A DNA stretch of 64,000 nucleotides from Gemmatimonadota bacterium. GTDB lineage: Bacteria; Gemmatimonadota; Gemmatimonadetes; Palauibacterales; Palauibacteraceae. The DNA is taken from NCBI GenBank assembly GCA_036476995.1, contig JAZGCO010000068.1:183-64182 (forward strand), written 5' to 3'. Of the stretch, positions 52,211-62,968 are shown piece after piece. Under the pieces are notes generated by a model that was given only the letters and a program-made list of their open reading frames with translations, ran no database searches and was not told where the DNA came from. The position numbers were made by a program, and so were the translations under genes. The first letter of the stretch is position 1, and every line of letters starts with the position of its first letter.

Positions 52211-53428
52211 TCAGCCCTCCGCCGGATCCCTGTGGACCAGGGCGGCGATTCCCTGGCCGACCCCGATGCACATGGTGACCAGGCCGGTTGCCGCTTCGCG
52301 GCGGCTCATTTCATGGATGAGCGACGTAAGTAGCTTTGCACCGGTGCAGCCAAGCGGATGGCCGAGCGCGATCGCTCCGCCATTTACGTTGACGCGATCC
52401 GGGTCGAGGCCAAGCTCCTGAATGCAGGGCAGGACCTGAGCCGCGAACGCCTCGTTGAGCTCGACGAGATCGAGATCGCTCGCCTCAAGTCCGGCTCGGG
52501 CGAGGGCTTTGCGCACCGCCGGCACCGGGCCGAGTCCCATGCAGTCTGGCTCGACGCCGGCAACGGCCGATGCGCCAAGTCGGGCCAGGGGGGTGAGTCC
52601 GAGATCGTGCGCGGCCTCCCGGCTGGCGAGCAGCAACGCCGCGGCCCCGTCGTTGATCCCCGACGCTGAGCCGGCCGTAACCGTGCCATCCTTTCGGAAG
52701 GCGGGGCGCAAGCGGCCGAGCTTCTCGAGCGTTGCGTCTGGCCGTGGGTGCTCGTCGCGATCTACAACCACCGGATCACCGCGCCGGACAGGGACGGAGA
52801 TCGGGACGATCTCGTCGTCGAAGCGGCCGGCCTCGATCGCCGTCGCGGCGCGGCGCTGGCTCTCGGCCGCGAACGCGTCCTGGTCGGCCCGCGACACGCC
52901 GCTCTTCTCCGCCACGATCTCGGCGGTCTCTCCGAGCGACACGGTCCAATTCTCCGGCATGTCGGGATTGGTGAAGCGCCAGCCCACCGTCGTGTCTGCC
53001 ACCGTCGGTGCCTGCCGGGGAAAAGCCACATCCGGCTTGAGTGTGACCCACGGCGCTCGTGACATGCTCTCGACTCCGCCGGCGACAAAGACATCTCCCT
53101 CGCCGGCCCGAATCGCGTGCCCCGCCGAAACCGCCGCCTGGAGTCCCGAGCCGCAGAGGCGGTTGACCGTCTGTCCGGGAACGGAGACCGGAAAGCCGGC
53201 CAGGAGGGCTGACATGCGGGCGATGTTCCGGTTGTCCTCGCCCGCCTGATTCGCACAGCCAATGATCACGTCCTCGACCTGCTCCGCCGGCACACCTGTT
53301 CGTTCCAGCAGAGCCTCGAGCGTTCGTGCCAGAAGGTCGTCCGGTCGAACCGTGGACAGGCTGCCGCCGTGCCGCCCAACGGGCGACCGCACGGCACCGA
53401 CTATCAGTACGTCACGCGGGTCGGCCAC
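52211..53428 (-). CDS. acetyl-CoA C-acyltransferase (thiolase II)
   Basis: [11 protein letters not shown] carries the active Cys. C-terminus [17 protein letters not shown]. Confidence 0.9.
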   Translation of the reverse strand: MADPRDVLIVGAVRSPVGRHGGSLSTVRPDDLLARTLEALLERTGVPAEQVEDVIIGCANQAGEDNRNIARMSALLAGFPVSVPGQTVNRLCGSGLQAAVSAGHAIRAGEGDVFVAGGVESMSRAPWVTLKPDVAFPRQAPTVADTTVGWRFTNPDMPENWTVSLGETAEIVAEKSGVSRADQDAFAAESQRRAATAIEAGRFDDEIVPISVPVRRGDPVVVDRDEHPRPDATLEKLGRLRPAFRKDGTVTAGSASGINDGAAALLLASREAAHDLGLTPLARLGASAVAGVEPDCMGLGPVPAVRKALARAGLEASDLDLVELNEAFAAQVLPCIQELGLDPDRVNVNGGAIALGHPLGCTGAKLLTSLIHEMSRREAATGLVTMCIGVGQGIAALVHRDPAEG

Positions 53429-53439
53429 GGTTGCCGTGC

Positions 53440-54879
53440 TCAGTCCAGCGTCACCCAGACGCTCTTGGTCTGCATGTACTCCTGCAGCGCATGTTCGCCC
53501 AGGTCGCGTCCGAATCCGGATTGTTTGTAACCGCCGAACGGGGATGCCGGATCGTAGCGGTTATACGTATTGATCCATACGGTCCCGGCCCGGATTTCCC
53601 GGGCCAGCCGGTGCGCCTTACCCACGTCCCGCGTCCACACTCCCGACGCCAGCCCATAGATGGTCTGATTCGCCTGCTCGATCGCGTCGTCCACGTCCTC
53701 GAACGGAAGCGTCGCCACCACCGGCCCGAAAATCTCCTCTCGGGCGATTCGCATGTCGGGGGTCACGTCATCAAAGACGGTGGCCTCGACGAAATAACCC
53801 TTGCCGTTCACAGCGGCTGCCTTGCCGCCTGCCTTCACCGAGGCACCCTCCGAAACACCCGATTCGATGTAGGACATCACGCGGTCGCGCTGAACAGCCG
53901 ATACCAGCGGGCCGAGCCGGGTCTTGGGGTGTGTGGGGTCGCCCACCTGCATCCCGTCGGCCTTGGCCGCCAGCCGCTCCATGAATTCAGCCTTGATCGA
54001 GGACTGAACCAACAGTCTCGATCCGGCGGCGCAGACCTCTCCCTTGCCGTAGAAAATGCCTGTGATCGCCCCCCGAACAGCCGCGTCCAGATCGGCGTCC
54101 GCAAACACGATATTGGGCGACTTGCCCCCGAGTTCCAGCGTGACCTTCTTGACCGTTTCGGCTGCGGTGCGCATTACGAGCTTTCCGACCTCTGTCGATC
54201 CGGTGAAGGAGATCTTGTCCACGTCCGGATGCTCCACCAGCGCCTGCCCGGTCACGGAGCCCCGGCCCGGGATCACGTTGAGGATTCCGGGTGGAAACCC
54301 TGCCTCCAGCGCCAGCTCGCCGAGCAGCAGTGCCGTGAGGGACGTCTCACTTGCCGGCTTCAAGACGACCGCGTTTCCGCACGCCAGAGCCGGCGCCACC
54401 TTCCAGGACGCGATGTTCAGCGGGAAGTTCCACGGAACGATCGCACCCACCACGCCCAGCGGCTCCCGGAGCGTGTAGTTGAGGAACGGCCCAGCGACCG
54501 GCACCGTCTCGCCAGTCAGTTTGTCGGCCCAGCCGGCGTAATAGCGAAAGTTGGACACGACGAACGGGAGGTCGACCATGGCCGACTCGAAATTCGGCTT
54601 GCCGTTGTCCCGCGTTTCCGTCTCGGCGATGAACTCCAGGTTCGCCTCGATCAGGTCGGCGAGCCGCCAGAGCAGCGCGGCCCGCTTGTGCGGGTTCAGG
54701 AAGCGCCACTTTGGATTCTCGAAAGCCGCTCGCCCGGACCGGACAGCCGCATCCACCTCAGCCGGGCCGGCCTGTTCGACCTCGGCGATCGTCTCCTCGG
54801 TGGCGGGGTTCACCGACGGGAAGCGGCCGGATCCCTCCAGCCACTCCCCATCGACCAGGAGCTGCGTTCTAAGCTCCAC
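53440..54879 (-). CDS. NAD(P)-dependent aldehyde dehydrogenase
   Basis: LELGGKSP plus [16 protein letters not shown] carries the catalytic Cys. ...EIFGPV. Confidence 0.9.
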   Translation of the reverse strand: MELRTQLLVDGEWLEGSGRFPSVNPATEETIAEVEQAGPAEVDAAVRSGRAAFENPKWRFLNPHKRAALLWRLADLIEANLEFIAETETRDNGKPNFESAMVDLPFVVSNFRYYAGWADKLTGETVPVAGPFLNYTLREPLGVVGAIVPWNFPLNIASWKVAPALACGNAVVLKPASETSLTALLLGELALEAGFPPGILNVIPGRGSVTGQALVEHPDVDKISFTGSTEVGKLVMRTAAETVKKVTLELGGKSPNIVFADADLDAAVRGAITGIFYGKGEVCAAGSRLLVQSSIKAEFMERLAAKADGMQVGDPTHPKTRLGPLVSAVQRDRVMSYIESGVSEGASVKAGGKAAAVNGKGYFVEATVFDDVTPDMRIAREEIFGPVVATLPFEDVDDAIEQANQTIYGLASGVWTRDVGKAHRLAREIRAGTVWINTYNRYDPASPFGGYKQSGFGRDLGEHALQEYMQTKSVWVTLD

Positions 54880-54885
54880 GAGTAC

Positions 54886-55674
54886 TCAGCGGCCTTCGAA
54901 GGCCGGCGCCCGCTTCTCGATGTAGGCCTCCAGACCTTCCTTGGCATCGTCTCCCTGAAACAGGAGCTGCTGAAGTTCGCGCTCAATAGCCAGGCCTTCC
55001 GAGAACGGAACCTCCACGCCGCTGCACACGGCTCGCTTGATCCTGCCGACGGCGCGCGAGGCCTTGTTGGGCGGGACGAACTGCTTGGCGTAGTCCATCA
55101 CCTGCTCAAAGAAGCCCTCGGAGTCGAAGATCTTGTTGACGAGTCCGAGCTGCATGGCCTCATCGAAGTCGAACGTCCGGCCCTCGACCATAAGCTCGAT
55201 GGCCTTCGACTTCCCGACCATGCGGCCCATGCGCTGCGTCCCGCCGGTTCCGGGAAGGACGCCCAGGTTCACCTCAGGAAGGCCAATCTTCCCACCGTCG
55301 CGCTTAGCGATGCGCATGTCACACGCCATGGCGATTTCGAGTCCGCCGCCTACCGTGTGGCCGTTCAGCGCCGCGATGACCAGCTTGGGCGTCTGCTCCA
55401 GCCGATTCAGTGTTTCGTTGGCATGCAAGCAGAAGTAGTACTTGAAGTACGGATCAGACGTCTTCAGCATGTTGATGTTGGCGCCGGCGGAGAAAAACTT
55501 GTCGCCTTCGCCGCGCAGTACAATCGCATGGACCGATTCGTCGAACCGGGCCTGAAGAATCGCCTCATCCAGCTGCCGCATCATCTCATGTGTATATGTG
55601 TTGGCCGGCGGGTCGGTCATCGTGATAACCCCAACCCCGCCGTCCACCTGATATTGAATCAGCTTGTCAGCCAT
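54886..55674 (-). CDS. enoyl-CoA hydratase (crotonase)
   Basis: AIVLRGEGDKFFSAGANINML...GGGLEIAMACD. Start at MADKL. Confidence 0.85.
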   Translation of the reverse strand: MADKLIQYQVDGGVGVITMTDPPANTYTHEMMRQLDEAILQARFDESVHAIVLRGEGDKFFSAGANINMLKTSDPYFKYYFCLHANETLNRLEQTPKLVIAALNGHTVGGGLEIAMACDMRIAKRDGGKIGLPEVNLGVLPGTGGTQRMGRMVGKSKAIELMVEGRTFDFDEAMQLGLVNKIFDSEGFFEQVMDYAKQFVPPNKASRAVGRIKRAVCSGVEVPFSEGLAIERELQQLLFQGDDAKEGLEAYIEKRAPAFEGR

Positions 55675-55794
55675 GGTTGTCCTCTCACTGCGTTCTGGAT
55701 TCGGAGTTTCCGAGCTTGTGGGGCCGATCAAGCTAGCGTCGGTTCGTTCGCTGCGACAGGTGCTCAGGCCGCCCCCGCGTGCTAGATTCTCGGC

Positions 55795-57141
55795 ATGGAT
55801 ACTCGCTTATTTCGTTCCGTCATGGCGGTCGGTGGGCTGGCCGTTCTGAAGGCCGTGGGTCCCGGCGACTTGGCCGCTCAGTCGCCCGAGCCTCATGTAG
55901 TGCGGGTGCCTGTCACCGGAACCGTCGAACTCGGCCTGGCGCCGTTTCTCGGACGCGTGATCGCGGAAGCCGAGCAGTCCGGTGCGGCGGCTGTCGTCCT
56001 CGATATCGATACACCCGGCGGCCGGATTGACGCGGCCTGGCAGATCATCGATGACGTGCGCGACGCCGAGGTGCCTGTCTACGCCTTCGTAAACCGGCGG
56101 GCACTGTCCGCCGGAGCCATGATCGCGCTGTCCGCGGAACGGCTGTTCATGCTTCCCGGTTCGACCATCGGCGCCGCCACGCCTGTCCTGGGAGGCGGGG
56201 AGAAGGCATCCGAGAAGATGGTCAGTGCCATGCGATCGGAGTTCAGGGCCCTGGCGGAAGAGCGGGGGTTCGACCCGATGATCGGTGAAGCGATGGTGGA
56301 TGAATCCATCGCGATCGAGGGTGTCATCGAAGAGGGGCGTCTGCTCACGCTAACGACGTCCGAGGCCGTTGATTTGAAGGTCGCCACGGCGGAGGTGGAC
56401 AGCTACGAGGCTCTCATCGCCGCACTCGGCTTGGAAGGAGCGCGGACCGTGGAGCCGAGGCCCAACTGGGCGGAAGCGCTCGTGCGGTTCCTGACGAATC
56501 CGGCTCTGGCTCCGATGCTTCTGAGCCTCGGATTCCTCGGCTTGATGATCGAGATTCGCACGCCCACGTTCGGGCTGGCAGGGGGGATAGGGCTTCTGTG
56601 TCTGTTCGCCTTCTTCGGGTCACACTGGATTGTACATCTGGCAGGCCTCGAGGAACTCCTGCTGCTGGGCTTCGGTACGCTTCTTATAGCGGCCGAGATT
56701 CTTGTGATCCCAGGATTCGGCATCGCCGGCATATTGGGTGGACTCGCGGTTCTCTCCGCAGCTACATTCAGCATGGTAGGCGTTTTTCCAACCTCTGGGG
56801 CAATTATGGAAGCAGCTGGCATCGTAGGGATATCGATTCTTGTCCTCGCGGCGCTCGGATACGCGGTATTTCGCCATCTGCCGCATAGCCGGAGCCTATC
56901 GGGGGTCTTCCTGGAGGGCTCGACAAGTGCCGACACCGGATACATTTCGGCTCCCGACAGAACCGACCTCGTCGGACAGGAGGGAATAGCCGTGACAGAC
57001 CTTCGCCCCGCCGGGACCGCGAGGGTCGGTGAGGAGCGCATTGACGTGGTCACCGAAGGCCCGTGGATCGCTGAGGGAGCGAGGGTGAAGGTTCTGCAGT
57101 CTGAAGGAGTCAAGCACGTGGTCCGGGAGATCAAGGAATGA
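55795..57141 (+). CDS. nfeD: NfeD-like membrane-bound ClpP-class serine protease
   Basis: Signal sequence, then ClpP-like domain ([20 protein letters not shown]...[27 protein letters not shown]), multi-TM region and C-terminal OB-fold. Confidence 0.8.
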   Translation: MDTRLFRSVMAVGGLAVLKAVGPGDLAAQSPEPHVVRVPVTGTVELGLAPFLGRVIAEAEQSGAAAVVLDIDTPGGRIDAAWQIIDDVRDAEVPVYAFVNRRALSAGAMIALSAERLFMLPGSTIGAATPVLGGGEKASEKMVSAMRSEFRALAEERGFDPMIGEAMVDESIAIEGVIEEGRLLTLTTSEAVDLKVATAEVDSYEALIAALGLEGARTVEPRPNWAEALVRFLTNPALAPMLLSLGFLGLMIEIRTPTFGLAGGIGLLCLFAFFGSHWIVHLAGLEELLLLGFGTLLIAAEILVIPGFGIAGILGGLAVLSAATFSMVGVFPTSGAIMEAAGIVGISILVLAALGYAVFRHLPHSRSLSGVFLEGSTSADTGYISAPDRTDLVGQEGIAVTDLRPAGTARVGEERIDVVTEGPWIAEGARVKVLQSEGVKHVVREIKE

Positions 57142-58118
57142 ATGATACGACGGCAGTCTTTGCTATATTCGCGGCGTTCGCCAGCATTCTGATCATTGCC
57201 ATTATCGGCTGGGCCGTTCCGGTCCGCTTGTGGATCGAGGCAATCTCCTCAGGCGTAAACGTGAAGATCGGGAGCCTGATCGGCATGCGGCTTCGAAAGG
57301 TGAGCCCGCCGAGCATCGTTCGACCGCTGATCGCCGCCACCAAGGCCGGGCTGGTCCTCAACACGGATGGTCTGGAAGCGCACTACCTGGCCGGGGGCGA
57401 TGTCAGGCGCGTGGTCAACGCGCTCATCGCGGCCGACAAGGCGTCGATCGAGCTCGGCTTCGAGCAGGCGGCCGCCATCGACCTGGCCGGGCGCGACGTG
57501 TTCGAGGCGGTTCAGGTGTCGGTCAATCCGAAGGTGATCAATACGCCCAATGTTGCGGCCATGGCGAAGGACGGCATTCAGCTCATCGCCGTCGCGCGCG
57601 TGACGGTCCGCGCCAACATCAACCGGCTTGTGGGCGGAGCCGGGGAAGAGACGATCCTGGCCCGCGTCGGTGAGGGGATCGTGAGCACGATCGGCTCGGC
57701 GGAAACCCACGCCAAGGTGCTTGAGAACCCGGACGCTATCTCGAAGACGGTGCTCGCCAAGGGCCTGGACGCCGGAACGGCGTTCGAGATCCTCTCGATC
57801 GACATCGCGGATGTGGACGTCGGCAAGAACATCGGCGCCGAACTACAGACCGATCAGGCTGAAGCGGACAAACAGATCGCACAGGCCAAGGCCGAGGAAC
57901 GCCGCGCGTTTGCAGTGGCGGAAGAGCAGGAGAATCGGGCCAAAGTCGAGGAGATGCGGGCCGAAGTCGTGAAGGCGGAGGCGATGGTTCCGCTGGCTCT
58001 CGCAGAAGCGCTCCGAAGCGGGCATCTGGGCGTAATGGACTACATGCGTTACCGAAACGTGGAGGCCGATACGGAGATGCGGGGAGCCATCGCCAGCGGC
58101 GAAGACGTGGACCAGTAG
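57138..58118 (+). CDS. floA: flotillin-like protein FloA (UPF0365/YqfA family)
   Basis: About 60 % identical by eye to Bacillus FloA over the full length ([38 protein letters not shown]...). ATGA overlap with nfeD. Confidence 0.9.
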   Translation: MNDTTAVFAIFAAFASILIIAIIGWAVPVRLWIEAISSGVNVKIGSLIGMRLRKVSPPSIVRPLIAATKAGLVLNTDGLEAHYLAGGDVRRVVNALIAADKASIELGFEQAAAIDLAGRDVFEAVQVSVNPKVINTPNVAAMAKDGIQLIAVARVTVRANINRLVGGAGEETILARVGEGIVSTIGSAETHAKVLENPDAISKTVLAKGLDAGTAFEILSIDIADVDVGKNIGAELQTDQAEADKQIAQAKAEERRAFAVAEEQENRAKVEEMRAEVVKAEAMVPLALAEALRSGHLGVMDYMRYRNVEADTEMRGAIASGEDVDQ

Positions 58119-58136
58119 TCAGGCCAGGCGAGAGTA

Positions 58137-58790
58137 ATGGAAGACTTCACCATCTTCATCGTGATCGGGCTGTACTGGCTGTTTTCGGCCATGAGGAAGG
58201 GCGCTAAGAAACAGAACAAAGGGTCACGTCCGAGAAAGAGCGTCACCGGTTCGCTGGCCGAGCGAATCCGGGCGGCGCAGCGGGCCGCGGAGCGAAAGCT
58301 CGCCGATTGGGAGGAGGAGCAGCGGCGGATCCAGGCGGCGAAAACGCAGTCCGAAGGCGAAGAATCCGCGGGTACATCCGCCGTGCTTTCCCGGCCCGAA
58401 AACACAATGCTGCCGCGGCCTCCGGACGAACTGCCGCAGCCTCGTGCCGACCCGGTACGAGAGCTGCAGGGGAGACTCGCCGTAGAGAAGGCGCGCCGGG
58501 TCGCTGCCCAGCGAGACCGCGACGAGGCGCTGGCCTGGATTCGCCGGCTGGAGGAAGGCGTAGCGACCGTCAACGCCGCCGGACAACCCGTGCCGGACAG
58601 GGCCCTAGCCACAGCAGCCCCCCGCCAGGTCGGCGACGCCTGGGAAGGCGAGCGGCGGGAGCTGTCCAGCCTTACGAAGGCCCTCGAGCGGCTACCCCCG
58701 CTCAGGAGGGCCATCATCTATGCCGAGATTATTGGCCCGCCCGCTTCGCTGCGGCCAGACGTCTGGGGTTTGGGCCAGGCCGGGTACTAG
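58137..58790 (+). CDS. hypothetical N-terminally anchored, charged/coiled-coil protein (YqfB-position gene)
   Basis: N-terminal TM segment MEDFTIFIVIGLYWLFSAM, then Arg/Glu/Ala-rich sequence. No family recognised. Confidence 0.45.
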   Translation: MEDFTIFIVIGLYWLFSAMRKGAKKQNKGSRPRKSVTGSLAERIRAAQRAAERKLADWEEEQRRIQAAKTQSEGEESAGTSAVLSRPENTMLPRPPDELPQPRADPVRELQGRLAVEKARRVAAQRDRDEALAWIRRLEEGVATVNAAGQPVPDRALATAAPRQVGDAWEGERRELSSLTKALERLPPLRRAIIYAEIIGPPASLRPDVWGLGQAGY

Positions 58791-59632
58791 CGACTTCGTC
58801 GTACAAAGGCGATCCCTCCGACCAGCGAGATCAGTGCGAAGGCGAACCACTGCACCGCGTATGCGAGGTGCGGGCCGTTGTCGAAGGCCGGCGGGGGCAG
58901 AACCGCCGGCACCGACCATCCGCCTGACATCTCCTCTGCGGACCACGCGCCAGCCGCCGTCTCCGAAGCGTCCGTTCTCTGTACGAGCACGGGTGCGACC
59001 GCGTAGGGAAGCGCCTCGCGAATATCGGACAGATCTAACGCTGCGAGCACCGTATGGGACTCTCCCTCGAAGTCGATGACCTGCGGAGGGATGGTGTGAC
59101 GTTCTACGGAGGGCACGACGAAGCCCGTTAGGTACACGGTTTCGGGTGGAGCGCCTTCATTCGGACTTTCTGCACTCGGCCGGACCGCTCTGAGGTTAGC
59201 ACGCATCGCGTCGGGCGCCGGCAGCCAGCCGCGGATCACGAGCACCGCCTCGGCGCCTGCTTCCCCCCAATCGGCTGCACTGGCCCCAGTCTCGATCAAC
59301 ACAGGAGTTGCCACGTGAACCCCCGGGGCCCCATCCCGAAGACGACCGCGCAGCACGATCTCGTTGCGGTAGTCGGGGCGGCCTGTAAGCTGTACACGCC
59401 GCCAGACGAGGTCCGCAGATTCGTCAGCCGAACCACGCCAGGTTGCCAACCAGGCGTTGAGGTCGACGGCCGGCCGGGCGAGCCGCTCACTTGCCGCCAG
59501 GCCATCGCCTCGCCGAGCCTCGAGCCGCTCGAGCTGCCATACGCCGAGCCGGACGAACACGGCCGTGAGCACCACGGCGATGACCATGAACGTCCACGCG
59601 CCTTTGCCTCTGCTCTTGCTATCACTTCGCAT
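58787..59632 (-). CDS. SURF1-family protein (cytochrome oxidase biogenesis)
   Basis: N-terminal TM plus RLGVWQLERL. C-terminal TM with HLAYAVQWFAFALI is the SURF1 signature. Confidence 0.7.
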   Translation of the reverse strand: MRSDSKSRGKGAWTFMVIAVVLTAVFVRLGVWQLERLEARRGDGLAASERLARPAVDLNAWLATWRGSADESADLVWRRVQLTGRPDYRNEIVLRGRLRDGAPGVHVATPVLIETGASAADWGEAGAEAVLVIRGWLPAPDAMRANLRAVRPSAESPNEGAPPETVYLTGFVVPSVERHTIPPQVIDFEGESHTVLAALDLSDIREALPYAVAPVLVQRTDASETAAGAWSAEEMSGGWSVPAVLPPPAFDNGPHLAYAVQWFAFALISLVGGIAFVRRSR

Positions 59633-59746
59633 GCCGGGAAGCTAGACCTTGAGAGATGAGAGGGCGACTCGATCCGCCTCCGACCTTGTGACCGTATCGG
59701 TGCAGAACGCATCTTCGCGCGACGCTCCGAACCTCGACAGGAATGC

Positions 59747-60338
59747 CATGGACGCAACGGATAGCTACAGAATCCTCCAGAATCTATCCTCGCCCATCAT
59801 CGCTCTTACGGCGCGCGACGGAGACAAGCTGAACGGAATGATTCTCAACAGCGCGATTCGCGCCTCCCTGGTCCCCGGTGCTCAGCGAGTTTCCCACTAC
59901 GTTTTCAAGGGCCACCTTACCCATGAGATGCTCGTTGCGAGCGGCCGCTACATCCTCCACCTGACCAGCCGCGACCAGTGGGATGAGATCTGGGCCCTGG
60001 GTTTTTCCAGCGGGCGGGACACGGACAAGCTGGACGGCCTCAGCTACCGTCTCAGCGACGCCGGCCTGCCTATTCTCGAGCGTTGCTACGCCTGGATGGA
60101 GTGTGAGGTGGCCAACGTTATGGACGCCGGTCCCGCGACCTTCTTCATGGGCGATATCACAGCGATGGGCTATGGCTCAGGCGAGGCGATGATGGACAGC
60201 GCTCATTTTCGGGCGCACATGCCCGAGGGTTGGCGTGACGCCTATTTGGAGAATCTACGGACTGCGCAGGAAGCGGCGGCGGCCTTCACCGAGCCGCTGG
60301 ACGACAGGGCGTGGCGGGAACTACGGGGCGAGAGGTGA
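59747..60338 (+). CDS. flavin reductase-like (FMN-binding split-barrel) domain protein
   Basis: PIIALTARDGDKLNGMILNSA...ASGRYILHLTSRDQWDEIWALGFSSG resembles flavin reductase domain proteins. Start at MDATDSY. Confidence 0.5.
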
Positions 60339-60611
60339 GGGCCTAGCTCTAACGGCCTGGAGGGAGCGGTAGACGGCGCGAAAACGGGCCAGCGGTACCA
60401 GGCCGCCGCCCCGCACCGCGATAAACAAATTACAGAGTAGCGTGTACGGAGAGACGTCTATTCCGTATCGTTGTTGCTGATGCCGCGCACGATTCTCAGT
60501 CGCCGTCCACCATCTTATAGACGCCCATCCGATAGCCGGACTGCATCACCCTCTCGCCCTCGACTTCCATGGAGAGAACGTAGTGGCCGTGCTGTGGATT
60601 GCTGGCAGGGA

Positions 60612-61244
60612 TCAGGGAGTGGTCGGGTTGCCCGGATCGGTCGGCCGTCCGGCCGCAGGTACACCCTCAGGGATGCCGCCAGCGGCGCTGGCCGCCCCAG
60701 CTTGGCCACGTACCGCCGCTGGCGCCGTACCGGCTACCGCCCCAGCCTGTAGCGGGAGGTTAGCCAGAGCTTCGAGACCTCTTCGCAGCGCCTCTTCGAC
60801 TTGTTGGAGCGCCTGGTCGGCGACGATCCCGGCTCCCACGAGCTGCGTGAGGGCCGCGATGGCCACGGTGCGCCGCTCGGCCGGAGAGGTCTCCGCGATG
60901 GTGGCAAGGACTGTCTCACTAACGCCGCCCTGGAGTGCGTCCGCACCGACGGACAGGTCCGCCGCGTCCGGGCTTTCTATGCCGGCTGCCTGCAGTGTGG
61001 CCGAAGCCTTAATAAGCGCATCGGTTCGCTGCGCGACCGCCTCCTGGATCCGGTCCATGGGCACACCCTTGGCACGCCCCTCCGCAATCTTACTCTCGAG
61101 GAGGGACACTGGAATCCCCGCCTCTGAGGCCCTCGTGAGAGCGTCGGCGAACGCCGCATCTATCTCCTGGGCGCTAGCAGGCGCCGCCAGCAGTAGAATC
61201 GCGAGCGGAATCGCGACAAAAGCAAAAAATGACCGTCTAGCCAT
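60612..61244 (-). CDS. hypothetical secreted Ala-rich protein, last gene of the ECF sigma operon
   Basis: Signal peptide MARRSFFAFVAIPLAILLLAAPASAQE. Helical Ala/Glu/Leu-rich body and low-complexity Gly/Pro tail. Confidence 0.45.
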   Translation of the reverse strand: MARRSFFAFVAIPLAILLLAAPASAQEIDAAFADALTRASEAGIPVSLLESKIAEGRAKGVPMDRIQEAVAQRTDALIKASATLQAAGIESPDAADLSVGADALQGGVSETVLATIAETSPAERRTVAIAALTQLVGAGIVADQALQQVEEALRRGLEALANLPLQAGAVAGTAPAAVRGQAGAASAAGGIPEGVPAAGRPTDPGNPTTP

Positions 61245-61313
61245 GACTGAACTCCATTTCTTGTATAGCACTCCCGCATTCTACTCTAATGGACGTGTAC
61301 TCCGGCTTTCCCG

Positions 61314-61862
61314 TCACTTTGGTATGTACTCCTCGTAGTCGGCAAGGGCCTTCTGAAGGGCCTCCCGGGCCCGTTTGACCCTCATCTTAAGGGCGCTCTC
61401 CGAGGCATCCAGACGTTCGGCCATTTCGCGGTACGAGACTGATTCCTGGTGAAACAGCACGAACGCCTCGCGCAGCAGCGGCGGAAGCTCCTCAACGGCC
61501 ATCGAAATCGCCGAGCGGGCGAGAGCGTGCTCAGCCTCTCGTTCAGGGTTGCCGAGATCGGTCTCCAGGGTCTCCAACCCCCCTGGACCTTCCGTTCGGT
61601 AGCGAGGGCCGCGGAGGTGATCGAGACACCGGTTTCGGAGAATCTGAAAGCACCAGGCAGCAAATCGTTCCGGATTTCGGCAGCTAGCGAGATTCTCGTA
61701 CGCGGAAACCAGGGTGTCCTGTACGATGTCTTCGGCCACGGCTCTGCGTGAGACCATGCGAACCGCATAGCGGAGCAGGGGCGTTTGGTAGCGCTGTACG
61801 AGGGGCCGGAACGATTCTCGGTCACCCTGAAGAACCGCCTCAACAAGCTCGGCGTCGCTCAT
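61314..61862 (-). CDS. ECF (extracytoplasmic function) sigma-70 factor
   Basis: Region 2 (LVQRYQTPLLRYAVRMV...DIVQDTLVSAYEN) and region 4 (EAFVLFHQESVSYREMAERLDASESALKMRVKRAR). Confidence 0.85.
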   Translation of the reverse strand: MSDAELVEAVLQGDRESFRPLVQRYQTPLLRYAVRMVSRRAVAEDIVQDTLVSAYENLASCRNPERFAAWCFQILRNRCLDHLRGPRYRTEGPGGLETLETDLGNPEREAEHALARSAISMAVEELPPLLREAFVLFHQESVSYREMAERLDASESALKMRVKRAREALQKALADYEEYIPK

Positions 61863-62968
61863 CGAACGACCAGTACCGCTGTGAATCCGCCCATTCCATC
61901 GGATCGGCGCCCCGGCATGCTTTCGGGAACGAACCAGCGGCCTGACTCGTCCACGAAGGCGACTGCGTAAACTCCGGGCTCGAGGTCAAGCTCGATCGTC
62001 CACGCGTTACCGCGTCTGGTCATTGGCGTCGGTACCCAGCCGTTGAAAGAGCCGGCGACGGATATTATTCCCGCGCCTTCCTCTTCGGCGACCCGGAGAA
62101 TCACGGGGCCGGGCCCGAACTCCGGCAGCGCCGTAGATTTAACAGCTATCGGATGGCGATCGCCGAACCGATAGGCTAGCCCAACCGACCATGTCTGGCG
62201 AGGCGGGGATCCGAAGATCGGTTCTCCCGACGTCTGTCCCACGCTGCTCCGAGCACTGAGGCTTTCCGTGAGATCCAGCGAAGCACCAACGTACCAGCCC
62301 GTTTCACGCATCGAATCGCTTGTCCACCGATCAACACCGGCCCACACCACCCCGGTTCCGTAGTCGTAGGCCAGTGCAAGCTGGCCGTGCGGAAGAGTCA
62401 GGGAGTCCTGGAACAGAGTTTCCGCTCGAACCTCGATCGCCAGGCCTGGGGCCGGTACGGTCAAGAAGTCCGCCGCGATCACGCCCGTCATCCTGTTGTC
62501 GGCGATCCCTCCGGTTGTTGTGCCCGAGATGCGCCCTCCTCCACCCAGCCGGAGGCGGTAGCTTCGCGTTGACCTTGTCGCATACGGCTCAACCTGGAGG
62601 AGGCCCCCGCTGCCGCCCGCGTCCGTGATCGGGTTGTGATACGCGAACGCGGTACCGCGGAGGTCAAACTGAAGCCCTTCCCGCGGGCCTCCGACGCGAG
62701 GAGTGACAAAGACATCTACGATGCCCCAGGACGAATCCTCCTGCGGCCGGGTCGGTATGCCTCCCGTAATCGAGAAGCGCAGAACATCCTCAGCCCGCGC
62801 AAGACCGAGCTGAAGGCTCTGCGTGGAGGCGCCGGTCGCTACATCAAGGTCTTCAGCCGCACCCCAGACAGCGCTGGCGAACCACTGGGCGTGCAGCGTG
62901 GAACTGCCCGCCAGAACGAGGACGACTACAGCCGCCCCGGTCCAGGACGCCCGCATGCCCGCTGTCAA
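61859..62968 (-). CDS. secreted protein with C-terminal AMPK-beta/CBM48-type glycogen-binding-like domain
   Basis: Signal peptide. C-terminus ISVAGSFNGWVPTPMTRRGNAWTIELDLEPGVYAVAFVDESGRWFVPESMP...GGF aligns well with the AMPK beta1 CBM (VYLSGSFNNWSKLPLTRSHNNFVAILDLPEGEHQYKFFVDGQWTHDPSEP). Confidence 0.55.
   Translation of the reverse strand: MTAGMRASWTGAAVVVLVLAGSSTLHAQWFASAVWGAAEDLDVATGASTQSLQLGLARAEDVLRFSITGGIPTRPQEDSSWGIVDVFVTPRVGGPREGLQFDLRGTAFAYHNPITDAGGSGGLLQVEPYATRSTRSYRLRLGGGGRISGTTTGGIADNRMTGVIAADFLTVPAPGLAIEVRAETLFQDSLTLPHGQLALAYDYGTGVVWAGVDRWTSDSMRETGWYVGASLDLTESLSARSSVGQTSGEPIFGSPPRQTWSVGLAYRFGDRHPIAVKSTALPEFGPGPVILRVAEEEGAGIISVAGSFNGWVPTPMTRRGNAWTIELDLEPGVYAVAFVDESGRWFVPESMPGRRSDGMGGFTAVLVVR

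Noticed and set aside
53326-55785. 819-aa plus-strand ORF
   Set aside because: It is antisense to the ALDH and crotonase genes. Its product is low-complexity and Arg/Gly/Pro-rich with no motifs. This is a typical long antisense ORF in high-GC DNA.
60496-60570. 24-codon minus-strand ORF (MEVEGERVMQSGYRMGVYKMVDGD) in the 60338-60612 intergenic region
   Set aside because: It has no RBS and no recognisable family, and is too short to support from sequence alone.
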